IMG/VR virus record: IMGVR_UViG_3300023179_000065
Location: 1-64,000 of that record
From: a virus
Lineage: Duplodnaviria > Caudoviricetes
Length of the DNA: 64,000 bases
Strand: one strand, 5' to 3'
A program made the translations under genes and the position numbers. The notes beneath the pieces were generated by a model. It ran no database searches and was not told the origin of the DNA. It worked only from the letters and a program-made list of their open reading frames with translations. The number at the start of each line of letters is the position of its first letter. Positions within the stretch are counted from its first letter, which is position 1. This document shows, piece by piece, positions 49,023-63,573 of the stretch.

Positions 49023-50561
49023 ATGTCTAGACCTATTTCTAATTTGCAAATTGCTACAGATACATTTTATGGTTTATATAGTAAAACTAATCAGCTGTTA
49101 GGCGCGCTAACATATGAAATAGTTACTACAAGCAATACTATAAACGGCGCAAATACTTCAGGGAATGCTAGTGTTATAGGTACGCTATCAGCGAATGTAT
49201 TATCTACCTCAGTTCTTAGAGGTGGTGCTAGCGGCAATACTGCTAACATATCTACACTAACTGTAGGTTTAGCTAATTCTACAACATCATCGAACGTTAG
49301 TATTTCCGGGTATGCTGCCAATATAGTAGCAAATACTCTTAATATTACTTCAAACGTAAATATCTCTTCATCTAATACTTACATAGTATCTGACAGCGTA
49401 CAGGTCTTAAGCAATACTCAGATATGGGGTAATAGCACAGTAAATGTGCTACAGGTATACGGTAACAGCACATCAACCTTTATGACTGTTACTGGTGTCA
49501 ATACTAATATTAGAACTACTGGTTTTAATGTTAATAGTGTTTCTAACGTTACTGGTAATACTAATCTTAAAGCCAACACTACAGTTACTAATATATCCGT
49601 TAACGGAAATAATACTACATCTAACGTTACACTAACGGGTAATCTTGTTACTATTTCTAGCAATGCAACGTTTAGTGGTGGCTTAACATCAGTTACAGGC
49701 AACCTAGCAGTCGATACCAGTACCTTATTTGTTGACTCGGTTACTAATTATGTTGGTATAGCAACATCAACACCACAGCACCCGCTACACGTAATTGGTA
49801 CTGGTACAACAGAAATATTTTCCGTAGAGAATACAACAGACAACTCAGCCGTACACGTAGCGTCAACTAATTCGTATGCAGGCGGTAATACTATTACTAT
49901 TTACGCTGACACCGGGAATCAGTTAAGATTAGCATCGAATAATAATGTAGGCTCAGGTTATATATTCTTAGCTGCTAACGGTAACGTTGGTTTGTCTAAC
50001 AATGCACCTGCTGCATTACTATCTATTAGTAATACTAAAGTATATGCTAATGGTACTATTCAGACCAGCGGGGACCTGATCTGCTCTGGTGACTTATATG
50101 CAAATATTGTATTCATGGGCGGCACTGATCAGAATACAGTTACTGCTACTGTATGCCCAATCGTTCCTCCAAACACAATATACAGCTCTAATTCAACCTT
50201 CGGTGGTTTAACTGGTCCATATTCATTCTTGCAGTTCTCTAATACCGACCCTCAAATCATCGATGCTATTTCTAGTGCGCAGGGTACTGGTTATCAAGCG
50301 GTTAAATTTACACTGCAAGTTCAAGACAATGAACAAATTGATGAAGTGGTTATGACAGAAGTCAATGTTGTTTATGGTTACGGCAATGTGCACTCGACTC
50401 AGTTTGGAACGATATATACAAATACAAATTTTATAGAAGTAGGTACCAGTGCTAATTCAACTGCTATCCTTCTAGTTGCTAATCCAACATCTGCATATCT
50501 TGCATCTAAAGGTGGAACAGCAAATCTTCAATTCAGAGGCGTAAGACAGAAAGTACGTTAA
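49023..50561 (+). CDS. Asn/Thr/Ser-rich tail fibre-like protein
   Basis: TDTF..L..KTN N-terminus, beta repeats, TLFVDSVTNYVGI. Confidence 0.7.
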   Translation: MSRPISNLQIATDTFYGLYSKTNQLLGALTYEIVTTSNTINGANTSGNASVIGTLSANVLSTSVLRGGASGNTANISTLTVGLANSTTSSNVSISGYAANIVANTLNITSNVNISSSNTYIVSDSVQVLSNTQIWGNSTVNVLQVYGNSTSTFMTVTGVNTNIRTTGFNVNSVSNVTGNTNLKANTTVTNISVNGNNTTSNVTLTGNLVTISSNATFSGGLTSVTGNLAVDTSTLFVDSVTNYVGIATSTPQHPLHVIGTGTTEIFSVENTTDNSAVHVASTNSYAGGNTITIYADTGNQLRLASNNNVGSGYIFLAANGNVGLSNNAPAALLSISNTKVYANGTIQTSGDLICSGDLYANIVFMGGTDQNTVTATVCPIVPPNTIYSSNSTFGGLTGPYSFLQFSNTDPQIIDAISSAQGTGYQAVKFTLQVQDNEQIDEVVMTEVNVVYGYGNVHSTQFGTIYTNTNFIEVGTSANSTAILLVANPTSAYLASKGGTANLQFRGVRQKVR

Positions 50562-50582
50562 TACGGCGGAAAGGGAAGCTAA

Positions 50583-53012
<2,430 letters not shown>

Positions 53013-53025
53013 GGAGGAAGGTAAA

Positions 53026-53349
53026 ATGGCTGTCGTAAAAATTCACGAAATTATTTTATATACTTGCGATTCAGTTAATTCGCTAGATGGGCACGATCTA
53101 GCCGCATGGTTAGATCATACAGATATCAAGTATGTTAGAATGCATTATAATAATACAGCAGTGTTAGATACTGTAATAAACAATCTTAACACATGGTGGA
53201 AAGACAAACAACTAACTGCTAGTTCCTGGCCATTCGTGACCTATAAGGAGGAGCATGACGATGGCAGACCTTCATACGCACTTACATCAAACTTTATTGA
53301 AGGTTTACAAAACGTTAAAGATCAATTACCTGCTTTAGTGGCATTATAA
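53026..53349 (+). CDS. Hypothetical protein, possible thioredoxin-like fold
   Basis: AGGAGG RBS, MAVVKIHEIILYT...WPFVTY. Confidence 0.6.
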   Translation: MAVVKIHEIILYTCDSVNSLDGHDLAAWLDHTDIKYVRMHYNNTAVLDTVINNLNTWWKDKQLTASSWPFVTYKEEHDDGRPSYALTSNFIEGLQNVKDQLPALVAL

Positions 53350-53350
53350 A

Positions 53351-54925
53351 ATGCCTTTAGGTTTAAGAACAACGCTCCGCCGAACTCTAGTTAATGCTGG
53401 ATCTATTACCTTAAACTCCGGTACAGGTAATCTTACATTACCTTTTGGGGTTGTAAGTATAAGCGGTACAGGTAGGGGTGGAGCAGGTACTGCAGGTACT
53501 GGCGGCACAGGAGGCACAGCAGGCACAGCCGGTTCAGCAGGTAATCCTGGTAGTGCAGGTAACGCAGGCAACCCTGGTAATAATGGTGCAGGAGGCCCAG
53601 GAGGCCCTGGAGGTCCTGCAGGGAACCCGGGTACTGCTGGCAACGCAGGCAATCCAGGGAATGCTGGTGGCGGTGGCGCTGGTGGTGCTGCAGCATCGTC
53701 ATCTACTAATTTGCAATATACTATAGGTGGTTATGCGTATTACTATCAAACAGACTCTAAGGGTCGACCTGTAATAAACGGATGGGGTAAAGCTGGAGAA
53801 ACTTCTAACCCAGGCCCTGGCGTATCTACAACCCCATTTAAATGGACATATAGTGACGGTGGGCCTGGTCTACCTGGAACTGCAGGCAACCCAGGCAGCG
53901 ATGGATCCGGCGCCGGCGCCGGCGGTGCTGGCGGTGCGGGTTCAAGTGGTGGTAGTGGTAATGCTGGCACACCAGGCTCAGCTGGCAATGGTGCTGGGTC
54001 AGGAGGGCTAGGTAGTGATGGCTCCCCAGGCAATCCTGGCACCTCAGGTAATTCTACCACGTTTAGCAATTATACTTTTCCTGGCACTACAGGAAATAGT
54101 GGCACTAAGGGTAGCAAGGGTACTGATGGCACTGCTGGAAATAATGGTACTGGTGGTAACGGAGGTACAGCAGGATCTGCTGGTAACCCAGGAAATTCAG
54201 GGTCATCTGGCAACCCAGGTAACAATGGGACAGGTGGATCCGGGGGGTCTGCAGGAACAGGAGGTGCCGGTGGTGGCGGTGGATATGGATATGTTTTTGG
54301 TAGTACTACTGGCCTTTTTGGAGGAGCCGGCGGTGCTGGGGGTAGTGCAGACCCTATTGTAGGTCCATCATATAGTGGCGGACCTGGTAATGCAGGTGTT
54401 TCAACAGCTACACCAGGTACTGGTAGTGTTGTTGCTGGTAACGGTGGTACTGCATATGGGTTAAATACTTTTGGTGCTGGTGCTATACGAAACGGTAATG
54501 GAAACTCTACAGGGGGTGCCGGTACACCAGCTAATTATACATGGGGTGGTGGGTCGGGATCAGGTGGATCAGCTAGATGGGTAAATACTAATTCTAAAGC
54601 TGCTGGTGGTGGGGGCGGAGGTGGTGGTGCCGCATCAGCTTATCCAATTTCTGGTAATCCAGGAAATTCTGGTTCCTCTGGTAATACAGGGAGTAGCGGA
54701 AATCCAGGTTTCGGAGCTAATCCAGGCAACCCTGGTAATAGCGGAAATCCTGGAGTTGCTGGTAGCGCCGGCATTCCTGGTACTAAAGGGGCTGATGGTA
54801 CGATAAGTAGTGTTACTACTTCAAATTGGTCAGGTAAATTTAATTTAAAGCAGAGTGTTCCTTACTCAGTGGGTAGCGGCCCGGGCGGCGCCGGCCAAAT
54901 AACTATTACATGGACTAGACAATGA
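53351..54925 (+). CDS. Gly-X-Y/polyglycine-rich protein with many G-N-P-G repeats
   Basis: GNPGSAGNAGNPG, GGPGGPGGP, GNPGNSG triplets. Confidence 0.75.
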   Translation: MPLGLRTTLRRTLVNAGSITLNSGTGNLTLPFGVVSISGTGRGGAGTAGTGGTGGTAGTAGSAGNPGSAGNAGNPGNNGAGGPGGPGGPAGNPGTAGNAGNPGNAGGGGAGGAAASSSTNLQYTIGGYAYYYQTDSKGRPVINGWGKAGETSNPGPGVSTTPFKWTYSDGGPGLPGTAGNPGSDGSGAGAGGAGGAGSSGGSGNAGTPGSAGNGAGSGGLGSDGSPGNPGTSGNSTTFSNYTFPGTTGNSGTKGSKGTDGTAGNNGTGGNGGTAGSAGNPGNSGSSGNPGNNGTGGSGGSAGTGGAGGGGGYGYVFGSTTGLFGGAGGAGGSADPIVGPSYSGGPGNAGVSTATPGTGSVVAGNGGTAYGLNTFGAGAIRNGNGNSTGGAGTPANYTWGGGSGSGGSARWVNTNSKAAGGGGGGGGAASAYPISGNPGNSGSSGNTGSSGNPGFGANPGNPGNSGNPGVAGSAGIPGTKGADGTISSVTTSNWSGKFNLKQSVPYSVGSGPGGAGQITITWTRQ

Positions 54926-55185
54926 ATTATACGTTCACATATAAAATTATAAAAGCAGATGTTACTTCTGGTAATATGCTTGTTAAGTACACCCCGCTTG
55001 ATGGTGAGTTAACTGCGATTACTCTTAACATCAGTGTTGTTTTTGATGAAAACAACAATCCTATTCCTTTGGAGCAATTAATAGAAATGTATGCACCACA
55101 GGCTCAATGGGCTGCTCAAGCATATATTAAAGATAATTATGAAGATATAGTTAATAAAACTGGAAATATAACCCCTACTCTGTGA
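54922..55185 (+). CDS. Hypothetical protein
   Basis: ATGA overlap with upstream gene. Confidence 0.6.
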   Translation: MNYTFTYKIIKADVTSGNMLVKYTPLDGELTAITLNISVVFDENNNPIPLEQLIEMYAPQAQWAAQAYIKDNYEDIVNKTGNITPTL

Positions 55186-55192
55186 GATTTTT

Positions 55193-55774
55193 ATGAATGA
55201 TTTTATTGGTGTATATGATGATGTGGTATCCCCAGAATATTGTGATAGTCTTATAAACTATTTTAAATGGTGTAAGGATAATAATAGGACTTGGAATAGG
55301 GATGAATGCAGTACTCTATCCAAAGAGGATGTTTCTACTACTCTTAATCCTATGAAGCAGACCGAAATTAATTTTAGTTATGACAATTTGGGGGGATTCA
55401 TAGCAGAATTTAATGAAGTGTTTTGGAAAAATTGCTATAAACAGTATACTACAAAGTATGATATTCTTAATACGTTTAATAATCATACTATTTATTCTTA
55501 TAAATTACAAGAAACAGAACCGTCTCAAGGGTATCATGTGTGGCATAGCGAGCAAGGATCGCTAGAATATAGCAGAAGAATTGCTGCATATATCTTATAT
55601 TTGAATGATGTTGTAGAAGGCGGTGAGACTGAATTTTTATATTTGAGTAAGCGTATTGCAGCGAAAAGAGGAAGACTAGTTATATTTCCTGCAGGTTATA
55701 CTCACACTCATCGTGGCAATCCTCCCTTATCTGGCACAAAATATATTATGACCGGGTGGGTGGAGTATTCATAA
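55193..55774 (+). CDS. 2OG-Fe(II) oxygenase, prolyl-4-hydroxylase-like
   Basis: GYHVWHSE, YLNDVVEGGETEF, FPAGYTHTHRG, KYIMTGW. Confidence 0.9.
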   Translation: MNDFIGVYDDVVSPEYCDSLINYFKWCKDNNRTWNRDECSTLSKEDVSTTLNPMKQTEINFSYDNLGGFIAEFNEVFWKNCYKQYTTKYDILNTFNNHTIYSYKLQETEPSQGYHVWHSEQGSLEYSRRIAAYILYLNDVVEGGETEFLYLSKRIAAKRGRLVIFPAGYTHTHRGNPPLSGTKYIMTGWVEYS

Positions 55775-56373
55775 TGTCTCTTTATAGCTTCTTACCGTCA
55801 TCAGCTAGAAAAACTGCATATGAGCCATTTATTACATGGAGAGAAGCTTTTGATGCAAGACAGGTCTCAGATATAATTAACATGTGCGAAAAGCTTCCCG
55901 CATCAGATGGTATTGTGGGAGGACTTAAAGGTGATGTTAATACTCAAATTAGAGTTTCAAAAACTGCGTGGTTAGACAATTCAGAGCCTCATCAGTGGAT
56001 ATATGAAAAAATGGCTTTTCTAGCCAGAAGTATTAATAGTGATTTTTACAGATTTAATCTTTATGGGTTTGTAGAGGATATGCAGTATACGATATATACT
56101 GGAGACGAGGAAAGCCATTATACCTGGCATATAGACGCTGGTAAAAATACTGATTGTGCTAGAAAGCTTTCTTTGGTATTGCAGCTTTCAGATCCTGAAG
56201 AGTACGAGGGTGGCGATTTAGAAATATTAACTGGTCCGGAACCTCTTACTGTAGATAAAGAAAAAGGAATGCTGGCTGCTTTTCCTAGTTATGTCCTGCA
56301 TAGAGTGACGCCGGTAACAAAAGGAATAAGAAGATCTTTGGTAGTATGGGTTGCAGGACCTGACTTTATATAG
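55774..56373 (+). CDS. 2OG-Fe(II) oxygenase, prolyl-4-hydroxylase/PKHD-like
   Basis: HYTWHID, RKLSLVLQL, YEGGDL, FPSYVLHRVTPVTKGIRRSLVVW. Confidence 0.9.
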   Translation: MSLYSFLPSSARKTAYEPFITWREAFDARQVSDIINMCEKLPASDGIVGGLKGDVNTQIRVSKTAWLDNSEPHQWIYEKMAFLARSINSDFYRFNLYGFVEDMQYTIYTGDEESHYTWHIDAGKNTDCARKLSLVLQLSDPEEYEGGDLEILTGPEPLTVDKEKGMLAAFPSYVLHRVTPVTKGIRRSLVVWVAGPDFI

Positions 56374-56376
56374 TCT

Positions 56377-56384
56377 TATAAATA
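56377..56384 (+). promoter_or_regulatory. T4-type late promoter
   Basis: Exact TATAAATA in the intergenic gap. Confidence 0.8.
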
Positions 56385-56406
56385 AGAAAAACAACACTCT
56401 ACCATC

Positions 56407-56736
56407 ATGGCCACTAAAGCAAATCTTATAATAGATCAGGGAGCATCGTACAGCACCAATATCGATATTCTCGATGAATATGGTATTGCTATAGATTTGA
56501 CTAGTTATACCGGTGCTGCTCAGATGAGAAAGCACTATACGTCATCTAACTCGGTTAGTTTTAGCGTAGATTTAGGTGGTGCTGACGGCACGGTTACATT
56601 ATCGTTATCTGCAAATGCTACTGCTAATATAGCATCTGGTAGATATGTTTATGACGTAGAATTAACATCCAGCTCTGGTGAAGTCTCTAGAGTACTAGAA
56701 GGTATAGTTACAGTAACCCCTAACGTTACGAGATAA
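56407..56736 (+). CDS. Conserved virion structural protein of T4-like aquatic phages
   Basis: ANLIIDQGA, DLTSY, QMRKHY, GRYVYDV, RVLEGIVTVTPNVTR. Confidence 0.8.
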   Translation: MATKANLIIDQGASYSTNIDILDEYGIAIDLTSYTGAAQMRKHYTSSNSVSFSVDLGGADGTVTLSLSANATANIASGRYVYDVELTSSSGEVSRVLEGIVTVTPNVTR

Positions 56737-56737
56737 T

Positions 56738-56974
56738 ATGACTAGCAATATTAAAGCTGTAGTTAAGCAGAACAACCAGCTTCTAACGCAGCAATCAACA
56801 CTTACTTTAAAAAACACGCTTAAAGACCAAATTACCATTCGCGAATTAGCTAACGTTGTAGAGGGAACTCCACAAGACGGTGATGCAATAGTTTACAATT
56901 CAAGTTTAAATAAATATGAGGTAAAACCGGTTACAACAATTTCAATATCAGGATTGGACGGGGGAACCTTCTAA
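56738..56974 (+). CDS. Small fibre adaptor ending LDGGTF
   Basis: LANV...DGDAIVYN..., C-terminal DGGTF. Confidence 0.65.
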   Translation: MTSNIKAVVKQNNQLLTQQSTLTLKNTLKDQITIRELANVVEGTPQDGDAIVYNSSLNKYEVKPVTTISISGLDGGTF

Positions 56975-58975
56975 ATGTCAAATACAATCATTCAAATTAG
57001 ACGCAGTACTGAAACTGCAGTACCTAGTAATTTACAGCCAGGTGAATTAGCCTATACATCGAATGGTGAGGTATTATTTATTGGTAGTGTGTTAGGCACA
57101 GACACCGCTAACGTTGTTGCGATTGCTGGTAAAAGAACTCCTGGTACCCTTACTGCCAATCAAGCAATAGTAACGAACCCTAACAATTTTGTTGATGTAT
57201 TAAAGACAAATAAGTTAGTGATTGGAGCTGATGGATCTACTTCTAATATAGATCTTATTACTACAGATTCTACCATAACTGGCGCTAACGATAGTGGCAC
57301 TGCTATATTATCTGCCAATGCTGTAAAACAATATGTGTCTAACTATGTGGCAGCTTCAGGCTTTTATGGACTGAACACATCCAACGGTACTTCAAATAAT
57401 TCATTACAGTCAAACAGTACTGCCCAAGATACACTAACAATTCAAGGGACCAGCAATGAGGTAGAGGTTGGGCTTTCTGGTGATACGTTTACAATTGGAT
57501 TGCCTGACAGCGTAACAATTACTAATGTATTAACAACCAACACTGCAAACGTAACCGATAATACAGCTAGCTCTAATACTACTACTGGAGCATTAAAAGT
57601 TGCTGGAGGTTTGGGTGTTGTTGGTAGAATTAATTCTGCAGAACTAGCTGTAGGAAATACAACAGTATATACATCTGTTAATGGCACAATAGTAAGTACA
57701 GAAAGTGTTCTAGCTACTAATACAGTTAATGCAGCAGTATTGAGCGTTGGTACTTGGGTAGTAGCAAACAATTCTGGTTTGTATACGACAGGAGTTGTAG
57801 ATACAAACGTACTAAAGATAACCGGGTCTGGCATAACATATTTACAAGGAAACACAACACAAATTACGGTTGCCAATGGTGTTGCTCTATCGGTTAATGG
57901 GTCGGTAGGTACAGCTAACCAAGTACTAGCATCGAATGGCTCTGGATTGTATTGGAGAGGGATTGATGCTGATATTACCGAAGTTGTCGCCGGGGATGGT
58001 CTTACAGGTGGTGGTTCTGATGGAAGCGTAACACTTGATGTAGGAGCAGGTAACGGTATATCGGTTAACGCTAGCGCTGTTTCAGTTAATGCTAATGATG
58101 GTATTGTTGCAAATTCCTCTGGTGTTTTTGTTAGAGCAGGTACTGGTGTTACTGTTAATGCCACTGGCGTGCACATTGGTCAGGATGTCAGTACAACAAG
58201 CAACGTTACTTTCAGCTCTATAAATGTTACAGGCAACGTTGTACTGGGTAGTGATTCATCCGATGTTGTAGCTATTAATGGGCTAGTTAACACCAACATA
58301 ATACCTTCGGCTAACGTTACATATAACCTTGGCTCGTCGGACTTAAACTTTTCTACTGTATATGCAAATACCATACTTGCTAAGTATGCAACGTTTGATC
58401 ATAACGTATCTATTGCAGGTAACCTATCTGTTACTGGTACACTTGTTACAATTAACGTTGAAAACTTATCGGTATCAGATTCTCTAATTCAACTAGCATC
58501 TAACAACACATCGTCTGACGTATTAGATCTAGGGTTTTACGGTAACTATAACAACACCGGTGGCGCGCATCAACACGCTGGTCTGTTTAGAGATGCATCG
58601 GACGGTGTATTCAAGCTTTTTGATAGTTTAACAGCTGCTCCTGGTACTACTATTGATACATCAAACGCAACTTTCAATATTTCAACCTTAGTTGCTTACC
58701 TTTCGTCAGGCGGTTTAACAACCAATTCTACTTCTGTAGCTATAACCGCTAACGGGTCAGTTAATGTATCAATTGTAGCTAATACATTAAGCCTATCAAC
58801 CGCATTAGCAGGCAATAGCGGTGGTACAGGACTTAACAGCTATACAGCAGAAGATATACTAGTTGCTAATTCAACTAACGGATTTAGAACTTTAGGGATA
58901 GGCACGAACGGATATGTTTTACAATCCAATGGCACAGCATTGGTGTACGCTTCATTAGACGGTGGCAGTTTCTAA
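56975..58975 (+). CDS. Fibre protein with Mtd_N-like N-terminus
   Basis: IIQIRRS..P..LQPGELAY; TTTGALKVAGGLGV; ends LDGGSF. Confidence 0.75.
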   Translation: MSNTIIQIRRSTETAVPSNLQPGELAYTSNGEVLFIGSVLGTDTANVVAIAGKRTPGTLTANQAIVTNPNNFVDVLKTNKLVIGADGSTSNIDLITTDSTITGANDSGTAILSANAVKQYVSNYVAASGFYGLNTSNGTSNNSLQSNSTAQDTLTIQGTSNEVEVGLSGDTFTIGLPDSVTITNVLTTNTANVTDNTASSNTTTGALKVAGGLGVVGRINSAELAVGNTTVYTSVNGTIVSTESVLATNTVNAAVLSVGTWVVANNSGLYTTGVVDTNVLKITGSGITYLQGNTTQITVANGVALSVNGSVGTANQVLASNGSGLYWRGIDADITEVVAGDGLTGGGSDGSVTLDVGAGNGISVNASAVSVNANDGIVANSSGVFVRAGTGVTVNATGVHIGQDVSTTSNVTFSSINVTGNVVLGSDSSDVVAINGLVNTNIIPSANVTYNLGSSDLNFSTVYANTILAKYATFDHNVSIAGNLSVTGTLVTINVENLSVSDSLIQLASNNTSSDVLDLGFYGNYNNTGGAHQHAGLFRDASDGVFKLFDSLTAAPGTTIDTSNATFNISTLVAYLSSGGLTTNSTSVAITANGSVNVSIVANTLSLSTALAGNSGGTGLNSYTAEDILVANSTNGFRTLGIGTNGYVLQSNGTALVYASLDGGSF

Positions 58976-58977
58976 TA

Positions 58978-59169
58978 ATGGAAGTTGATTTTGTTAATGC
59001 CTACATAAACAGGCAGAAGCAGTATATTGAAGATTTAACAAATAAACTTATACTGGCGGAAGCTAAGATCGTTACTTTAGAAAAAACAATTAACGATCTT
59101 AGCAATAAAATAGTTGATTATGAAAGCAAGACGGTGAAGCCAAGTGAAAATAGTCGTACTAAATCTTGA
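58978..59169 (+). CDS. Small coiled-coil protein
   Basis: Heptad pattern, overlaps the next gene. Confidence 0.6.
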   Translation: MEVDFVNAYINRQKQYIEDLTNKLILAEAKIVTLEKTINDLSNKIVDYESKTVKPSENSRTKS

Positions 59170-61108
59170 TACAAGAAAAGACAGATTAGATTTTATTTCA
59201 GAGCAGCTTAGCGAGTACGAATGGACCAGATTACCGGCCATAAATGGTCACTCGTTAAGCTTATCTAATATAAGAGCATTAGGGTTTAAGCCTTACCTTA
59301 GGTGGCAGGACCCAATGCTACATCGCCACGCAACTATAACAGAAGTTGCAACCAGCATATCGCATTATAACGCGTGGATGCTTTGTGCTGAGCTCAATCA
59401 CAACCTATTGATTCTTGAAGATGATTCAAGACTAGTAGGACATATTGACTCGAAAGAAATCGATAGACTGCTAGAAACACATGATATAGTTTATCTGGAT
59501 CACAAAGAAATGTTTCCAGGTCATGTGCAGAATATAGACGATAAATTTATACGGCCATATTATCCTTATTGGAATAATGCTTACGCTATAAGCCCAAGAC
59601 TTGCTAAGAAGCTAGTTAATTCCAAATTTAAGGAAAACATTATACCAGTTGATGAGTTCTTTCCGCTAATTAGTGGTGTCAACTATCTACACACCTGTCT
59701 GTCAGACAAGCCAGGCATACTTAATAATTTTACTGCATTAGTAGATATTTTCAAAGATCTTATACCTACTAACCCTATAGCCTATAAAACTAGTATATTT
59801 AATCAAGTATCTAGATCGGTACTTGGCTCTGATATTGAAAGTGGAGAATCCATAATGACTCAAGAAGCAATCGTTGTCACCGTTGCTACGGACCCTGAAA
59901 AATACAAATACCTTAGTAAGTCAAGTACATCTAAAGAGGTACCGATTATAAACATCGGTGCTGGTGTAGAATGGAAGGGCGGTACAATGCAAGGGCCAGG
60001 CGGTGGTCAAAAGATTAATTTAGTTAAAGATTATCTTAAGAGCATTGACGGTAATAAGATTATATTGTTCTGCGATGGTCATGATGTCATTATCAATGAC
60101 TCGTTAGAGACTATCGTGAATAGATTCTTAGGGTTTGAATGTGATGTGCTTTTTGCAGCTGAAAAGATCTGCTGGCCTGATCGTTCCATGGAACAGTACT
60201 TTACTGAATCACATACCGCATACATGTATCTAAACAGCGGCGTATACATTGGTTATAAGGACTCTATCCTTTCCATCATAGATGATTATATACAGGATTC
60301 GGATGATGATCAACTATTTTTACAGAAGAAGTACGTAGAGAATAAGAGTGCTAATAAGATTAATATCAAATTAGATTATGAGAATTATATCTTTCAATGC
60401 CTAAGCTCTATTGAAGACGATTTAGTATTAAAGCCAACAAAGCAATTTGTTAATATTGCTACTAGATGCTGCCCATGCATCTTACATGGTAATGGTGGAC
60501 CAAATGATAAGATTGTTTTTAAAAACATCTTCCAGCAGCTCTATCCAGATAATATAGAATTTATTGATGCTACAGAGCTTACAGTAGTAGCACCAGACAT
60601 TCTTGAGATGGATTTTCTTACCCCTGAGATGTGCAAGAAAATTATTGATATGGCTGAGGCTCATGGCAAGTGGGAATCAATGTATGGCGATAAGTTTCCA
60701 GGACAAGAACTTAGAATCCGTGAATTTAGCATGGAGCTTTGGAATGCTTTAGAGAAACATTTTAAAGAATCTATAAACCCTGTAATAGAAAAATACTGGT
60801 TCCCACTACTAATGAACGGTTTGCGTGACGCATTCATTATTAAGTATTCACCTGAAACACAAAAAAGTCTGAACTGTCATCACGATGCCTCTCTTGTTTC
60901 AGGTAATGTTAAATTAAACGATGACTATGAAGGCGGCGATACCTACTTTTATAGACAAAACTTTTCTAATATAAATACTCAAATAGGTAAAATTATTTTA
61001 TGGCCTGGCCAAGTGACACATGGACACGAAGGTCGAGAAGTAACCAAAGGCACTAAATATAATCTAGTAATATGGACAAGTAGAAAGCAGGGCGACATTA
61101 ATTATTAA
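59144..61108 (+). CDS. Fusion of COLGALT-like GT25, PLOD-like glycosyltransferase and lysyl-hydroxylase (2OG-Fe(II)) domains
   Basis: NLDTRKDR, SHYNAW, LEDD, YWNNAYAIS, IPVDEFFP (GT25); VTVAT, GGGQKI, FCDGHDV, FAAEKICWPD, YLNSG, DDDQLF, LHGNG (PLOD GT); HHDAS, YEGG, PGQVTHGHEG (LH). Confidence 0.9.
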   Translation: MKIVVLNLDTRKDRLDFISEQLSEYEWTRLPAINGHSLSLSNIRALGFKPYLRWQDPMLHRHATITEVATSISHYNAWMLCAELNHNLLILEDDSRLVGHIDSKEIDRLLETHDIVYLDHKEMFPGHVQNIDDKFIRPYYPYWNNAYAISPRLAKKLVNSKFKENIIPVDEFFPLISGVNYLHTCLSDKPGILNNFTALVDIFKDLIPTNPIAYKTSIFNQVSRSVLGSDIESGESIMTQEAIVVTVATDPEKYKYLSKSSTSKEVPIINIGAGVEWKGGTMQGPGGGQKINLVKDYLKSIDGNKIILFCDGHDVIINDSLETIVNRFLGFECDVLFAAEKICWPDRSMEQYFTESHTAYMYLNSGVYIGYKDSILSIIDDYIQDSDDDQLFLQKKYVENKSANKINIKLDYENYIFQCLSSIEDDLVLKPTKQFVNIATRCCPCILHGNGGPNDKIVFKNIFQQLYPDNIEFIDATELTVVAPDILEMDFLTPEMCKKIIDMAEAHGKWESMYGDKFPGQELRIREFSMELWNALEKHFKESINPVIEKYWFPLLMNGLRDAFIIKYSPETQKSLNCHHDASLVSGNVKLNDDYEGGDTYFYRQNFSNINTQIGKIILWPGQVTHGHEGREVTKGTKYNLVIWTSRKQGDINY

Positions 61109-61124
61109 CACTGTATATACAGTG
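61109..61124. promoter_or_regulatory. Perfect 16-bp palindrome
   Basis: CACTGTATATACAGTG in the gap before the collagen gene RBS. Confidence 0.5.
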
Positions 61125-61137
61125 ATTACGGAGCCAA

Positions 61138-63572
<2,435 letters not shown>

Positions 63573-63573
<1 letters not shown>

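Noticed and set aside
61111-61122. LexA SOS box
   Set aside because: Spacing is CTGT-N4-ACAG, not the CTGT-N8-ACAG of the gamma/betaproteobacterial box.
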